Assembly (NCBI GenBank): GCA_964016885.1
Contig: OZ024743.1
Span: forward strand, 86,862,001 to 86,926,000
Direction of reading: 5' to 3'
Source: Eledone cirrhosa
Lineage: Eukaryota
DNA: 64,000 nucleotides
Part shown: piece after piece, positions 43,688 to 58,002 of the stretch
How positions within the stretch are numbered: position 1 is the stretch's first letter
Layout of the letters: each line of letters starts with the position of its first letter
Made by a program: the position numbers and the translations under genes
The notes under the pieces: model-generated
Told to the model about the DNA's origin: nothing
What the model saw: the letters and a program-made list of their open reading frames with translations, nothing else
Databases searched by the model: none

Positions 43688-45730
43688 GGAAGATTGTCAT
43701 AATAGACACAAAAATCTATCGATTGCTTGGATAGATTATAAAAAAGCATTTGATAGTTTGCCACACAGTTGGATTGAAAAATGTTTAGAGATTTTCAAAA
43801 TATCCCCCGTTATCAGGAGGTTTTTGTCATTCAGTATGAGGACATGGAGAACGACACTCCTTTTGAATAGTGAAACAAAATCACTGGAAGCTGGAGAAGT
43901 TAACATTAATTGTGGAATTTTTCAGGGTGACTCTTTATCACCGCTTTTATTCTGCATCGCACTTATACCATTAAGTAAAATGCTCAATGAAACAAAACAT
44001 GGATATAGAGTCTATGACAAAACCATTAATCACCTGTTCTACATGGATGACCTGAAACTATTTGCAAAAAATGATGAACAATTGCAAGGGCTATTATCCA
44101 CTGTGAAGCAGTTCAGTGATGACATTAAAATGGAGTTTGGACTGGATAAATGCGCCAAAGCAACGTTCACCAGAGGAAAGCTGCTGAAGAGTTCAGACAT
44201 TAATCTTGATCGGGGGAACGTGATAAGAGAGCTTGATCAAGAACAAACTTACAAATATCTAGGTGTTTGTGAAGGAGACGGAATCAAGCACTCGACAATG
44301 AGGGAAAGGATAAGGAAGGAATGTTACCGCAGAGTCAGAGCAATCTTAAGAACGGAATTGAATGCAAGGAATAGGATCGATGCCATAAACACGCTTGCCA
44401 TACCAGTAGTAACCTACAGTTACAATGTCATCAACTGGTCAAGCACAGAGATCCGTAGGCTCGATACAAAAATCCGAAAATTCTTAACCATGCACAGAAT
44501 GCATCACCCTAAGGCAGACATAGATAGAATATATCTCCCTAGGAAAGAAGGAGGACGTGGGTTAATCCAGTTAGACATTGCGTTGAAAACTGCAACAATT
44601 GGATTATCCACATATCTAAGGGAATCACATGATTGGATGATCAAACTCGTTTTGAAACACGAAAGCACCAAAAGATCATATTCCATTACAAAAGATGCAC
44701 AAAGATACAGTAATGGACTACAAATTTCAGAAGTCCCATTTACTGCTGAAATGGAAAACACAGAAAAAGCAAAGCAGGTAAAAGTAACTGCAAAGAAAGA
44801 ACTGCTACAGAAACTGGCTAAGAAATGGCAAGAAAAGCCTCTGTATGGAAAATACCCAGAGCGAGCTAACAATCCTGATGTTGACAAAACTTTAACCCAT
44901 CAGTGGTTGGCATCCTCTGGACTGAAATCGGAGACTGAAGGACTGATTATATCCGCACAAGATCAGTGTCTGCCAACAAAAAATTACCAAGCCAACATAA
45001 TAAAAAATGGGTGCAGCCCATTATGCCGTGTATGCAAAAAACAACCAGAGACCATTGACCATATAATTTCAATGTGCAGTCCTATAGCTCCAACCGAATA
45101 CCTAAACAGGCATGACAGAGCTGCACAATACATACATTGGATAATGTGCAAGCATTTTGACCTGCCCCATCAAAAGAATTGGTGGGAGCATCAACCACCT
45201 CCCATACTTGAAAAAGATCACATCTCAATCTTGTGGAACTTTAGCATCCAAACAGACCGAAAAATAGATGCAAATAGACCTGATATAATATTGAAGGACT
45301 TTCAAAGGAGGGTATGCCTGCTAATTGATATGTCTGTTCCAATAGACAAGAATGTATCTATAAAAACATTTGAAAAATTGAGCAAGTATAAGGACCTGGA
45401 GATAGAAATTGGAAAAATGTGGAAATTGAGAACTAAAACAATACCAGTGGTTGTAGGCGCTCTGGGAATGATACCTAAGGGGTCTAACGACTACTTATCG
45501 CAAATCCCAGGAAACCCGCGTATAGGAGAAATACAAAAGATAGTACTAATGGGAACTGCCCATATACTAAGGAAGATCCTGTCAATATAAGTACATCACA
45601 AGTCTAAACACTAAGGATGCATGTGTGAATATGTGTGTTCTTTCTTGAACATGGCGGACCTTGTTGTCTCTTGAGGTCACTGGTTGTGACTTGGTGATAA
45701 CTCGTATAAACATAAAGCAAGATAAATGCA

Positions 45731-45731
<1 letters not shown>
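43683..45731 (+). mobile_element. R4/Dong-clade non-LTR retrotransposon, 5'-truncated (family R4-A)
   Basis: Flanked by (TAA)n; contains the 610-aa ORF and a ~140-bp 3' UTR. Confidence 0.9.
43758..45590 (+). CDS. Reverse transcriptase (C-terminal part), CCHC zinc knuckle and restriction-like endonuclease
   Basis: GIFQGDSLSP, YMDD, YKYLG, CRVC..ETIDHIISMC, RHD, RPDI..IDMS..EKLSKY motifs; uninterrupted frame. Confidence 0.92.
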   Translation: MPHSWIEKCLEIFKISPVIRRFLSFSMRTWRTTLLLNSETKSLEAGEVNINCGIFQGDSLSPLLFCIALIPLSKMLNETKHGYRVYDKTINHLFYMDDLKLFAKNDEQLQGLLSTVKQFSDDIKMEFGLDKCAKATFTRGKLLKSSDINLDRGNVIRELDQEQTYKYLGVCEGDGIKHSTMRERIRKECYRRVRAILRTELNARNRIDAINTLAIPVVTYSYNVINWSSTEIRRLDTKIRKFLTMHRMHHPKADIDRIYLPRKEGGRGLIQLDIALKTATIGLSTYLRESHDWMIKLVLKHESTKRSYSITKDAQRYSNGLQISEVPFTAEMENTEKAKQVKVTAKKELLQKLAKKWQEKPLYGKYPERANNPDVDKTLTHQWLASSGLKSETEGLIISAQDQCLPTKNYQANIIKNGCSPLCRVCKKQPETIDHIISMCSPIAPTEYLNRHDRAAQYIHWIMCKHFDLPHQKNWWEHQPPPILEKDHISILWNFSIQTDRKIDANRPDIILKDFQRRVCLLIDMSVPIDKNVSIKTFEKLSKYKDLEIEIGKMWKLRTKTIPVVVGALGMIPKGSNDYLSQIPGNPRIGEIQKIVLMGTAHILRKILSI

Positions 45732-45762
<31 letters not shown>

Positions 45763-45782
45763 GAATGTATCTATAAAAACAT

Positions 45783-45840
<58 letters not shown>

Positions 45841-45843
<3 letters not shown>

Positions 45844-46224
45844 GAATGTATCTATAAAAACATTTGAAAAATTGAGCAAGTATAAGGACCTGGAGATAGA
45901 AATTGGAAAAATGTGGAAATTGAGAACTAAAACAATACCAGTGGTTGTAGGCGCTCTGGGAATGATACCTAAGGGGTCTAACGACTACTTATCGCAAATC
46001 CCAGGAAACCCGCGTATAGGAGAAATACAAAAGATAGTACTAATGGGAACTGCCCATATACTAAGGAAGATCCTGTCAATATAAGTACATCACAAGTCTA
46101 AACACTAAGGATGCATGTGTGAATATGTGTGTTCTTTCTTGAACATGGCGGACCTTGTTGTCTCTTGAGGTCACTGGTTGTGACTTGGTGATAACTCGTA
46201 TAAACATAAAGCAAGATAAATGCA
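45841..46224 (+). mobile_element. R4-A 3' fragment
   Basis: Appears identical to 45347-45731; (TAA)n on both sides. Confidence 0.9.
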
Positions 46225-46241
46225 AATAATAATAATAATAT

Positions 46242-46730
46242 AGTGGTATGAGCATAAGCCAGAGGCGGTGATAGAAAACGATCAGGTGAAGGTGCTGTGG
46301 GATTTTAGGATACAGACGGACAAGAAACTGGAACACAATAGACCTGACCTGGTGGTTTTGGACAAAGAAAAAAGATCGTGCCTGATTGTGGATGTGGCCT
46401 GCCCATTCGACACGAGAGTGCAAGAGAAGGAGAGGGAGAAAATTAACCAATACCAGGACTTAAAGTGGGAGGTAAAAAGGATTTGGAACTGCCATGAAGT
46501 CAAAGTGATCCCGATTGTCATAGGCGCACTAGGGACTATCTCAAAAAGTTTCCAGGGATGGTTAAAGAAAATTGGCCCCTTCACGCTTTTTGGAACGCTT
46601 CAAAAGGCATGCTTGCTGGGAACAGCAAGAACCCTCCGATACGTCCTGAATATCTGAGGCTGCAGGTAGTGGCTTGATATTCATTTCAACAAACTTTCCA
46701 GTTAACTAACATCAATGACTGAGACTCAAA
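46242..46730 (+). mobile_element. R4/Dong-like family R4-B 3' fragment
   Basis: WDFRIQTD..HNRPDLVV..DVACP..EKINQYQDL..PIVIGALG; distinct 3' UTR. Confidence 0.85.
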
Positions 46731-46740
46731 GAGTAATAGC

Positions 46741-46770
<30 letters not shown>

Positions 46771-46771
<1 letters not shown>

Positions 46772-49490
46772 TAAAATCAACAAGTGACATAGACATGCTG
46801 ATAGAAATAATCAAGCAAAAATGTCGGCCAAAGCTGCTCGTATAAGGCGCTTTGAAAAACGATCTAGATTCTATAAGGACAATAATATGTTCAAAAACAA
46901 CCAAAGAAACTTCTACAGAAAAATTGGCAAGTCAACAATAATTGCTAAATCAACACCAGCCAAGGAGGAAGTGCAAGAATTCTGGGAAAAGATCTGGGCC
47001 GAAGAAAAAGTTCATAATATACATGCCCCATGGATAGACAGACAAATGAAAGATACAGCTCACCTTGAGGAACAAATATGGGAAAATATAACAGTTGAAC
47101 AGTTGCGTTTGGCTCTTAGAAAAACCAGCAAATGGAAATCCCCAGGAAAAGACAAAATACCAAATTTTTGGATAAAAGCCTTCACAGAGTCTCATGAGCT
47201 GTTAGCCCAACTTTACAATAACATGGTTAAGGAACCGGAAAAGATACCATCATGGCTAGTTAACGGCATTACATTCCTGCTTCCGAAGAATGATGAGACA
47301 AACAATCCCCAAAATTACAGACCGATAACTTGCTTGACCACAATGTATAAAATTTTAACATCAGTCCTAACTGAATATACATATGACCGCCTGATAACAA
47401 ATGACCTATTTCCCAATGAGCAGAAAGGGTGTAAACGAGGCTCATATGGCTGTAAGGATCAGCTTTTGGTTAACAAAATGATACTGGAAGATTGTTATAA
47501 TAGACACAAAAATCTATCAATTGCTTGGATAGATTACAAAAAAACATTTGATTGTTTGCCACACAGTTGGATTGAAAAATCTTTAGAGATTTTCAAAATA
47601 TCTCCCGTTGTCAGGAGGCTTCTGTCATTCAGTATGAAGACATGGAAAACGACACTCCTTTTGAATAGTGAAAAACAATCACTGGAAGCTGGAGAAGTTA
47701 ATATTAATTGTGGAATTTTTCAGGGTGACTCTTTATCACCGCTTTTATTCTGCATCGCACTTATACCATTAAGTAAAATGCTCAATGAAACAAAACATGG
47801 ATATAAAGTCTATGACAAAACCATTAATCACTTGTTCTACATGGATGACCTGAAACTATTTGCAAAAAATGATGAACAATTGCAAAGGCTATTATCCACT
47901 GTGGAGCAGTTCAGTGATGACATTAAAATGGAGTTTGGACGAGATAAATGCGCCAAAGCAACGTTCACCAGAGGAAAGCTGCTGAAAAGTTCAGACATTA
48001 ATCTTGATCGGGGGAATGTGATAAGAGAACTTGATCAAGAGGAAACTTACAAATATCTAGGTGTTTGAGCAGGAGACGGAATCAAGCACTCGACAATGAG
48101 GGAAAGGATAAGGAAGGAATGTTATCGCAGAGCAATCTTAAGAACGGAATTGAATGCAAGGAATAGGATCGATGCCATAAACACGCTTGCCATACCAGTA
48201 GTAACCTACAGTTACAATGACATCAACTGGTCAAGCACAGAGATCCGTAGGCTCGATACAAAAATTAGAAAATTCTTAACCATGCACAGAAGGCAGATAC
48301 AGATAGAATATATCTCCCTAGGAAAGAAGGAGGACGTGGGTTAATCCAGTTAGATATTGTGTTGAAAACTGCAACAATTGGTTTATCTACATATCTAAGG
48401 GAATCACATGATTGGATGATCAAACTCGTTTTGAAACACGAAAGCATCAAAAGATCATACTCCATTACAAAAGATGCACAAAGATACAGTAATGGACTAC
48501 AAATTTCAGAAGTCCCATTTACTGCTGAAATGGAAAACAGAAAAAGCAAAGCAGGTAAAAGTAACTGCAAAGAAAGAACTGCTACAGAAACTGGCTAAGA
48601 AATGGCAAGAAAAGCCTCTGTATGGAAAATACCCAGAAAGAGCTAACAATCCTGATGTTGACAAAATTTTAACCCATCAGTGGTTGGCATCCTCTGGACT
48701 GAAATCGGAGACTGAAGGACTGATTATATCAGCAGAAAAAATTACCAAGCCAACATAATAAAAAATGGATGCAACCGATTATGCCGCGTATGTAAAAAAC
48801 AACCAGGGATCATTGATCATATAATTTCAATGTGCAGTCCTATAGCTCCAACCGAATACCTAAACAGGCATGACAGAGCTGCACAATACATACATTAGAT
48901 AATGTGTAAGCATTTTGACCTGCCCCATCAAAATAATTGGTGGGAGCATCAACCACCTCCCATACTTGAAAAAGATCACATCTAATCTTGTGGAACTTTA
49001 GCATCCAAACAGACCGACAAATAGATGCAAATAGACCTGATATAATACTGAAGGACTTTAAAAAGAGGGCATGCCTGCTAATTGATATGTCCTTTCAAAT
49101 AGACAAGAATGTATCTATAAAAACATTTGAAAAATTGAGCAAGTATAAGGACCTGAAGATAGAAATTGGAAAAATGTGGAAATTGAGAACTAAAACAATA
49201 CCAGTGGTTGTAGGCGCTCTAGGAATGATACCTAAGGGGTCTAATGATTACTTATCGCAAATCCCAGGAAACCCGCGTATAGGAGAAATACAAAAGATAG
49301 TACTAATGGGAACTACCCATATACTAAGGAAGATTATGTCAATATAAGTACACCACAAGTCTAAACACCCAAAGATGCATGTGTGTGTATGTATGTTCTT
49401 TCTTGAACATGGCGGACCTTGTTGTCTCTTGAGGTCACTGGTTGTGACTTGGTGATAACTCGTATGAACATAAAGCAAGATAAATGCAAC
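46771..49490 (+). mobile_element. R4-A longer, decayed copy
   Basis: 415-aa RT ORF (KSPGKD, YRPITCL, EQKG, QGDSLSP, YMDD), then stops and frameshifts; same 3' UTR as 45591-45731. Confidence 0.9.
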
Positions 49491-49532
49491 TATAATAATA
49501 ATAATAATAATGATAATAATAATAATAATAAT

Positions 49533-50471
49533 GAAGATGTGACTGACAGTAGGGAGCCAATGCTGAACATTCTACTGCAGGAGAAGACAATAGACCAAGG
49601 GATGTCCAGGGAGGAAATAACAACAAGGAGAAAGAGCAGCCTTCATGAAAAATCCCTTCATAGTACCTTCTTTAAGAAAACGGAATTTAGAGATCCACAG
49701 ACATGGAACTGGTTAAAAAGAGGAGACCTTAAAAAAAAGCTACAGAAGGAATGCTAATGGCTGCGCAAGAGCAAGCCCTCAGAACAAAGAGGGTGAAACA
49801 CGATATTGATAAAAGGAGGAGGCTAGCTCACTGTGTAGGATCTGTGGAGAGAGAGGAGAGACTGTGGCTCACATTGTATCCGAGTGTAAACACCTAGCCC
49901 AGACTCACTATAAAGGCTGGAAACATGATGTGATAGGCAGGGTGACCCACTGACATCTTTGCAAAGTAAACAATTTACCACATTCTGAGAAGTGGTATGA
50001 GCTTAAGCCAGAGTCGGTGATAGAAAACGATCAGGTGAAGGTGCTATGGGATTTTAGGATACAGACGGATACAAAATTAGAACACAACAGGCCTGACCTA
50101 GTGGTTTTGGACAAGGAAAAAAGATCGTGCCTGATTGTAAATGTAGCCTGACACGAGAGTGGAAGAAAAGGAGAGGGAGAAAATTAACCGATACCAGGAT
50201 TTAAAGTGGGAGTTAAAAAGGATTTGGAACTGCCATGAAATCAAGGTCGTCCCGATTGTCATAGGCGCACTAGGTACTATCTCAAAGAGTTTCCAAGGAT
50301 GGCTAAAGAAGATTAGTCCAGCCCCGTTTTTTGGAACACTTCAAAAGGCATGCTCGCTGGGAACAGCAAGAACCCTCCGATACGTCCTGAATATCTGAGG
50401 CTGCAGGTAGCGGCTTGATATTTATTTAAACAAACTTTCCAGTTAAATAACATCAATGACTGAGACTCAAA
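49533..50471 (+). mobile_element. R4-B decayed copy
   Basis: Homologous to 46242-46730 with more upstream sequence including the CCHC region. Confidence 0.85.
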
Positions 50472-50489
50472 GAACAATGATAATAATAA

Positions 50490-51163
50490 TAAAAGGGGGC
50501 TGAAAAACACCATAGATGCCTATAACGAAGCTCCCCACAAGATTTGAAATAAATCAGACATCATCGACAAAACAATAATAAATATACTAAGAAAACATAA
50601 TGGTCGAGAACAAACAAGGCCTACAAAAGATAAATTTTATACACGGATCGTCATTATAATATAATTTTCTTTATTAAAATTGCGAGCACGTGAGTAAAAT
50701 TCAACAATCTGAAAATCAGCCGCAACACTACACAGAGTTTGAAATCAAAACAAAAAGAATAACGATACATGTAAATAACAAACTTTTCTGATTGTATTAC
50801 AAATGCCTGTATTATAAACACAACGAAAAATGTACACAAAACAATCACACAGATGTACACATTCGTTCTTTGAACTTAAAGAAAAAATTGTAAGATAACA
50901 AAAGCGCACAAAACCGTACAAACACAGAAGCACAAAAACCGATACCCAACAAAAACGATAAAGACCTAAATAAAGGGCCGGATTCTAATCCTCAAGTATC
51001 ACTAATAAAATCAAAATGACACAAATGGACAACAGAGGAATATGCTTCAATCATACACGCGTACCTCACAGCAACATTATTCCCTAAAAACGAAAACACA
51101 ACAACAGACACATAAAATCTGGCAAAAACAACCCACATTTTGAGTTAATACTTGACCCTAATA

Positions 51164-51249
<86 letters not shown>

Positions 51250-53490
51250 CACTGAAATCGAACAACTAAAAACACAAACAATGACAACATAATAATTAAC
51301 GGATATGAATATAGAGAGAATTCAAAACGTGACGTAAAAACCGACATACCCCAAATAGATAAAGTAAACAACAAAACAGAGCAAACCCCAACCATAAAAG
51401 ATATACAGAGTGCTAACCAACAAAAACAGATTCCAGACAACACAACCAAAAATTCAAATAAAAAGATATATGAAGAAAAAGCTAGAGAGAAAATAACCCC
51501 TGATGACGAAATTCAAGATTACAATAGGATAAAGAAGGAAATACTTCAAGTACTCCAAACAATAGATTCCCCGATGGACCAAAGAGTAAATCTTCCAAAG
51601 ATAAAAATTAATTAAGTAGCAGCCCTTATAAAAAAAAAAACGCTAGCCTAGCCGTCACAGACTTAAAATATATGAATAAAACCACTAATATCACAGATTT
51701 AAATAATATAATATATGCAGCAGCCACTGTTGTTAGAAAAGAAAGTGGATACTCTCTTAGGGCTATAGAAGCCAGAAAAACAAAATCCACACAAACGTGG
51801 AAATCAAAGATACAAAGAAAGACAGAAAATAAAAGAAAAGACCTTTCAATCTTAAATGAAATAGGAAAAGAACATCAAAACTAAGAACAGAGTAAAAAAA
51901 ATAAAAACACTAAAATAATATATCATAACAAAAAGGGAAATCCCAAACGCTAAGGAAAGCCTTAAACAAGAAATACAAAGACACAAAGAAGGAGATATGA
52001 ATAGCGCCAAAAGTTTTTTCAACAAAACCAGCTGTTTCACTCCAACCCCAAACGACTCTACTAAAAACTTAATAGAAACAAAATAATCAATGTAGCCCCA
52101 AAAGTAGAAGAAGTGGAAGAGTTCTGGAGAAGAATATGGACAGAAGGGGAAAAGATATTACCATGCACAAAGCTCGCAAGAACAACAAACACAGCAGTCG
52201 AACAACTATGGGAGGATATTACAGCAGATAATCTGTCTATCACACTGAGAAGGCACCAGGACATGATCCCCGACTTCTGGTTAAAATATTTAACAGGGAC
52301 ACATGAAATGCTGGCAGAGGAATTTAACGAAATTCTGATAGAACCAGAAAAAACATCTGACTGGCTAACTAAGGGGAGAATGACACTGATGCCCCAAAAT
52401 AATGACACAGCTAACCCCCACATTACCTACTACATACTAAACCTTAACTTCTATCACAGAAAATAACCAAACACCTGGAAAAAAAAACAACTTGCTCCCA
52501 GAAGAACAGAAAGGATGCCGCAAAGACCAGTTGTTAATAAAAAAACCACAAAAAAAACAAAAACAAAAACAAAAAACAACCTCAGCTTGGCTTGGATTGA
52601 TTACCAAAAAGCGTTTGACAGTGTTCCCATGCATGGATACTCAGCACACTAGCCATGGATAGGGTATCAGCAAAAATAACAACATTTATCAAACATGCCA
52701 TGAGTAAATGGCAAACAATTCTGCTGATACAAACAAAAGATAAAACAATAAAAACAGAGCCTATCCCAATCAACAGAGGCATATTCCAAGGAGACTCCCT
52801 ATCACCACTGCTTTTCTGCCTAGCATTAATACCACTATCTGAAACACTAAACAGAACTGGGCTCGGGAAAATTAACCATCTCCTATATATGGGTGATCTA
52901 AAGCTGTATGCTACAAATGAAAAACAACTCCAAACACTGCTCCAAACTGTACACGGATTCACAAAAGAAATAGGTATGAAATTTGGATTAAAAAAATGTT
53001 CTAAGGCAACTCTGAAGAGAGGGAAACTAGTCGAAAGCAATAATATCATATTAGATAAAGAAACAGAAATAAGAGAACTAGATCAAACTCAAAACATACA
53101 AATACTTAGGAATCAACGAACTAGACAAGATTCAACACACACAGATGAAAGAAAAGATTAGAAAAGAATGCTACGGAAGAATTAGGTTAATACTCAAAAC
53201 TGAATTAAATGCAAAGAATAAGGTGATACCAACACTTTAGCAGTCCTAGTAATGAGCTACAGTTTTAACATTTTGAACTGGACACTAAAAGAACTAGCTG
53301 GAACAGATAGAAAAACAAGAATAATGACCGCATTTAGAATACACCATCCAAAATCAGATGTAGAAAGATTATACCAAGAACACAAGGAAGAAGGTGCCTT
53401 ATGCAACAAGAAAACTCTTATAAAATAACTACTGTAGGACTAACAAAATACCTAATAAAAAAAGGAAAGCTAATACAAATAGCCACGAAC
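50490..53490 (+). mobile_element. Old, heavily deleted R4-like LINE (family R4-C)
   Basis: Fragments IIYAAA, EEFWRRIW, EEQKGC, RGIFQGDSLSPLLFC, YMGD; many frameshifts; 5' boundary uncertain. Confidence 0.75.
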
Positions 53491-53602
53491 AATTAGTGTG
53501 AGTGAGTATACACACACTCCCACACACCGACGCTAGGTCAGAGAAAAAAAGATATATACCAACATAGTATGCACCGAAAGTTAGGTTACAAAACAATATT
53601 AT

Positions 53603-53673
53603 TCACCTGATGAGGTCAGTGATAATCGATCATGACCACACGATCGATCTATCTCTTATTGAAACGTGTCGTG
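53603..53673 (+). ncRNA. Hammerhead-like motif with enlarged stem II region
   Basis: TCAC-CTGATGA-ggtca...tgacc..(extra 23 nt)..GAAAC gt GTC-GTGA. Confidence 0.45.
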
Positions 53674-53849
53674 ATTAAAATGATTGGAAATTTATACCAT
53701 GCCTTCGGGTCTTTATTTTGATACAAATACTCCGTTTTACATCATCTAGCTGTTCCCTTAAATGGAACTGAAGATATACAAAAGCGTGGAGAACTTAATA
53801 TTGCTAACAAAAGTTTATTGGACCGTATGACACAACCAATAATACACCT

Positions 53850-53992
<143 letters not shown>

Positions 53993-54246
53993 TATATATA
54001 TATATATATCTTTTTTCCGTGTATGTCAATATTTATTTATAAAACAAATCTGTATTTTATCTGATGAAAGCGCACCATAATTTACCTTGGTCGCACTTGT
54101 AATATATATAATAAAATAATTATGGTTTTATAAATATAGTTTCCATTTATTAATATATTGTGTATTTACTCCACTAACTTGTTGAGTGCTTTATATGAGT
54201 TATAACATTTTTTAAGCTTGTTGAATCACAATACATATGTAATAAC

Positions 54247-54311
<65 letters not shown>

Positions 54312-54373
54312 ATAACAATATATATAATATATATATATTATATATATATTGTTATTACATATGCCCCCTCCCC

Positions 54374-54735
<362 letters not shown>

Positions 54736-54859
54736 TCAGGCATATGTCATAACAATCGATCTTTATTATTACATATGCATGTAAACACGCTGGAAAATAC
54801 ATACAGATATAACTTTATCATACACTTCGGCTACTATCGTACTTCTTTATATATATCTT

Positions 54860-55050
54860 AAGGGCGATGAATTGGTAGTATCAGTAGAGGGTCGGACATG
54901 CTTTCTAGCATAGTTACGTCCCTTTACGATCTGAGTTCAAATCCTACCAAGGTTAACTTTGCCTTTCATCCATACGGGGTCGATAAAATAAAGTACCAGT
55001 AATGTACTGGGATAATTGCTGGCCTTGTGCCAAAAGTAGAAACAATTATT
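54860..55050 (+). mobile_element. Near full-length SINE
   Basis: Head, B box GAGTTCAAATCC, central domain and GTAGAAACAATTATT end. Confidence 0.85.
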
Positions 55051-55265
55051 ACATATGCATTATTTCTCTGTTAATTCGTATTTTCTAGCATGTTTACATG
55101 CTAGAAAATACATGCAGTTATAACTTTACTATTCACTTCGCCTACTATCGTACTTCTTTATATATCTTAATTAATTACCAACTCGAGCGCTAATTATATG
55201 CAAATTAGTATGTGCATGTGCATTTCAGAATAGTACTAAGAGCGAATTGGTACATATATATACAG

Positions 55266-55305
<40 letters not shown>

Positions 55306-55714
55306 AAACACACACACACACACACACACATATAAAAGAACGATCGACTTTCGTCAAATCGGACCGAGGAAACAATGTTTCCGTTGGTCTTTCCAATTGC
55401 TAATACTATCTATCGGTCGCAGCTGTGGTTGGGTTATATACACAACTTCTGTTGAGGGCCCAATAAGATCCGAAAATCGATTAAAGATGTTTATCATTTT
55501 TTCCATCTACAGGGACATTCATATTACGTGCCTACATATTAGATATGTGTATATATTTATGCTCGTTGATGTTGACTCAGTTATATACTCTTACTACACA
55601 CACACACACACGCACACACACACTGTCTCTCTCTCTCTCTCTCTCTCTCTCACGCACACACACATATATATATATATATATAGAGAGAGAGCGATAAAGA
55701 GGAGTAGAGAAAGA

Positions 55715-55876
55715 ATTGACTGACTGGTACTTTATTTCTCCCTTGGACACGTAACTCCTGGTGAAGTCGTATGGACGCCATAGAGACATACAATGTTTCC
55801 TGGGTCATTTTAAATCTGGCGAGGCCCACTCCATCTCCATGTCTGGACACAATCAGTTTCTTCCAGAGAGAGGGAG

Positions 55877-55923
<47 letters not shown>

Positions 55924-56080
55924 GAAAGAGAGAGAGAGGTGATGAATCGAACCTCTCAGAACTACGACAAGATGACAGGCAAAGTTGACCTCTGCAGGAT
56001 TTGAACTCTGAGTGCAGTGAGCTAAAACAAATACCGAGGCGTTTTTAATCTGACACCCTAACAATTCAGCCATTTTGCTG
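55715..56080 (-). mobile_element. SINE interrupted by an RTE-like fragment and (GATA)n
   Basis: SINE motifs at 55715-55742 and 55965-56080; intervening 55745-55865 resembles an RTE 3' end. Confidence 0.5.
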
Positions 56081-56676
56081 ATCTGAACAGAATAGATGAA
56101 ACACTTCTTTCTCCCCCAGATAATGACCATCGGAATTACATCGGCTTGGCAGACATTTTCTTTTTTTCAATAGAAAAAGAGATAGAGAGAAGATGAGAAA
56201 TAAAAGAGAAGATTTTCGATAGATTTGTCAAGTTTTCCACCTAGATAACAACTCTATCGATCGATAAACCGAAGTATTACATTCACTGAGAGACTTCACT
56301 GAACACTGTTATAGAGAATTACTGCTGTCTAGTTGTTGGTTTCTATTAAATTTTGGCAACTTCATAGCCTGTTTCTTTCTGTAGGAAACGAGAGACCATT
56401 ACAATGATTCTGACACTGCTTCTGATGTATTGGAGTGTTGGAGTAGATTGAAGAAGAAATGAGAGGATGATGTGTGTATATGGTGGTGGTGGTGGTGGTG
56501 GACAATATATATATATATATATATAATTAACTAAATATCTCTGACTTCTGTTTTGTTTTCATTGTTCTACACACACATATATACATATATATATATATAT
56601 TTATATATAGTTAAAAAAAAGGACAAAGAGAGATGCAATAGCAATAGCCTTATTAGATTCACGCTTGAAAGAGATG

Positions 56677-56822
<146 letters not shown>

Positions 56823-57132
56823 AATAAATAATTGGTTGATGATGACAGTGGAAAGAGTGATACCGGTGGAGAGAATGGTGTGAGGTGACGGTGGGGGATG
56901 GAGATGGCGGCTATGCAACGAACTCTTATCACGATTTCGATTGAAAAGATTTTCATACAATGGAAACGTTAATGGTGGATGTGTACACATCTACAATGTG
57001 TACGTAAGACACACACACACACACATTAACACGTGCGCGCGCACACACACAAATACATTACACTATATAGCTAGTTACTTTTTTGGTATATCCTTCACTC
57101 GCCTTTCTCTATATATATATGCTTCTATGTAT

Positions 57133-57257
<125 letters not shown>

Positions 57258-57699
57258 TACACACACACACATATATATATATAAATACACATATGCATAT
57301 ATGCATATATATGTTTACATGTATGTATGTATGTGTTGCTGTTTATTATCTCATGCTGAGAACATCTTAAAGAATAATTAAATCGAAGGTATTTATAAAG
57401 TGTGCAGTCTCTATAGACGGAATCCATTCCATAACTAAAATCCAATTTTTTTTCTTGTCAAGACACACACGTGCACACACACAGATACATATATAGACAC
57501 ACAACATACGACTGCCTACACACGCAAATAAATATCTACACTCCAAAACCTCACACTACAGCAAACCTGACAGAAAAACATACAATCTTGTATAAATATG
57601 TATGTTCTGTGTACATTATTAATGTTTTGATAAAAATTTAAGAAACTCCGAATATATTTAGTTCACACCATTAAAAAAATCTCTGTCTTTTAATGTTTT

Positions 57700-57962
57700 A
57701 TCCGAGTTAAAGCACACGTCTTAATTGATCCCCGTTTGAATTCATGCATTTTTTTCAACTTATGGTGAAGTTTTGCATTTTTATTTACAAACAGACCTAG
57801 GCGATGGCTTTGATCTCCTCCCTGGTGTTTTCCTTTAGTCCTGGGTTTCTTGGCATATACCATATCCTTCAGATAGCTCCAAAGAAAGAAACCTCTGTGT
57901 GTGTGCGTGTGTGTGAGTGTGTGTGTGTGAGTGAGTGTGTGTGTGTGTGTGCGTGTGCGTGC

Positions 57963-58002
<40 letters not shown>

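Noticed and set aside
54234-54363. 15-bp inverted repeat around a TA tract
   Set aside because: Explained by slippage or inversion within palindromic (TA)n, or an assembly artefact; no tail or ribozyme.
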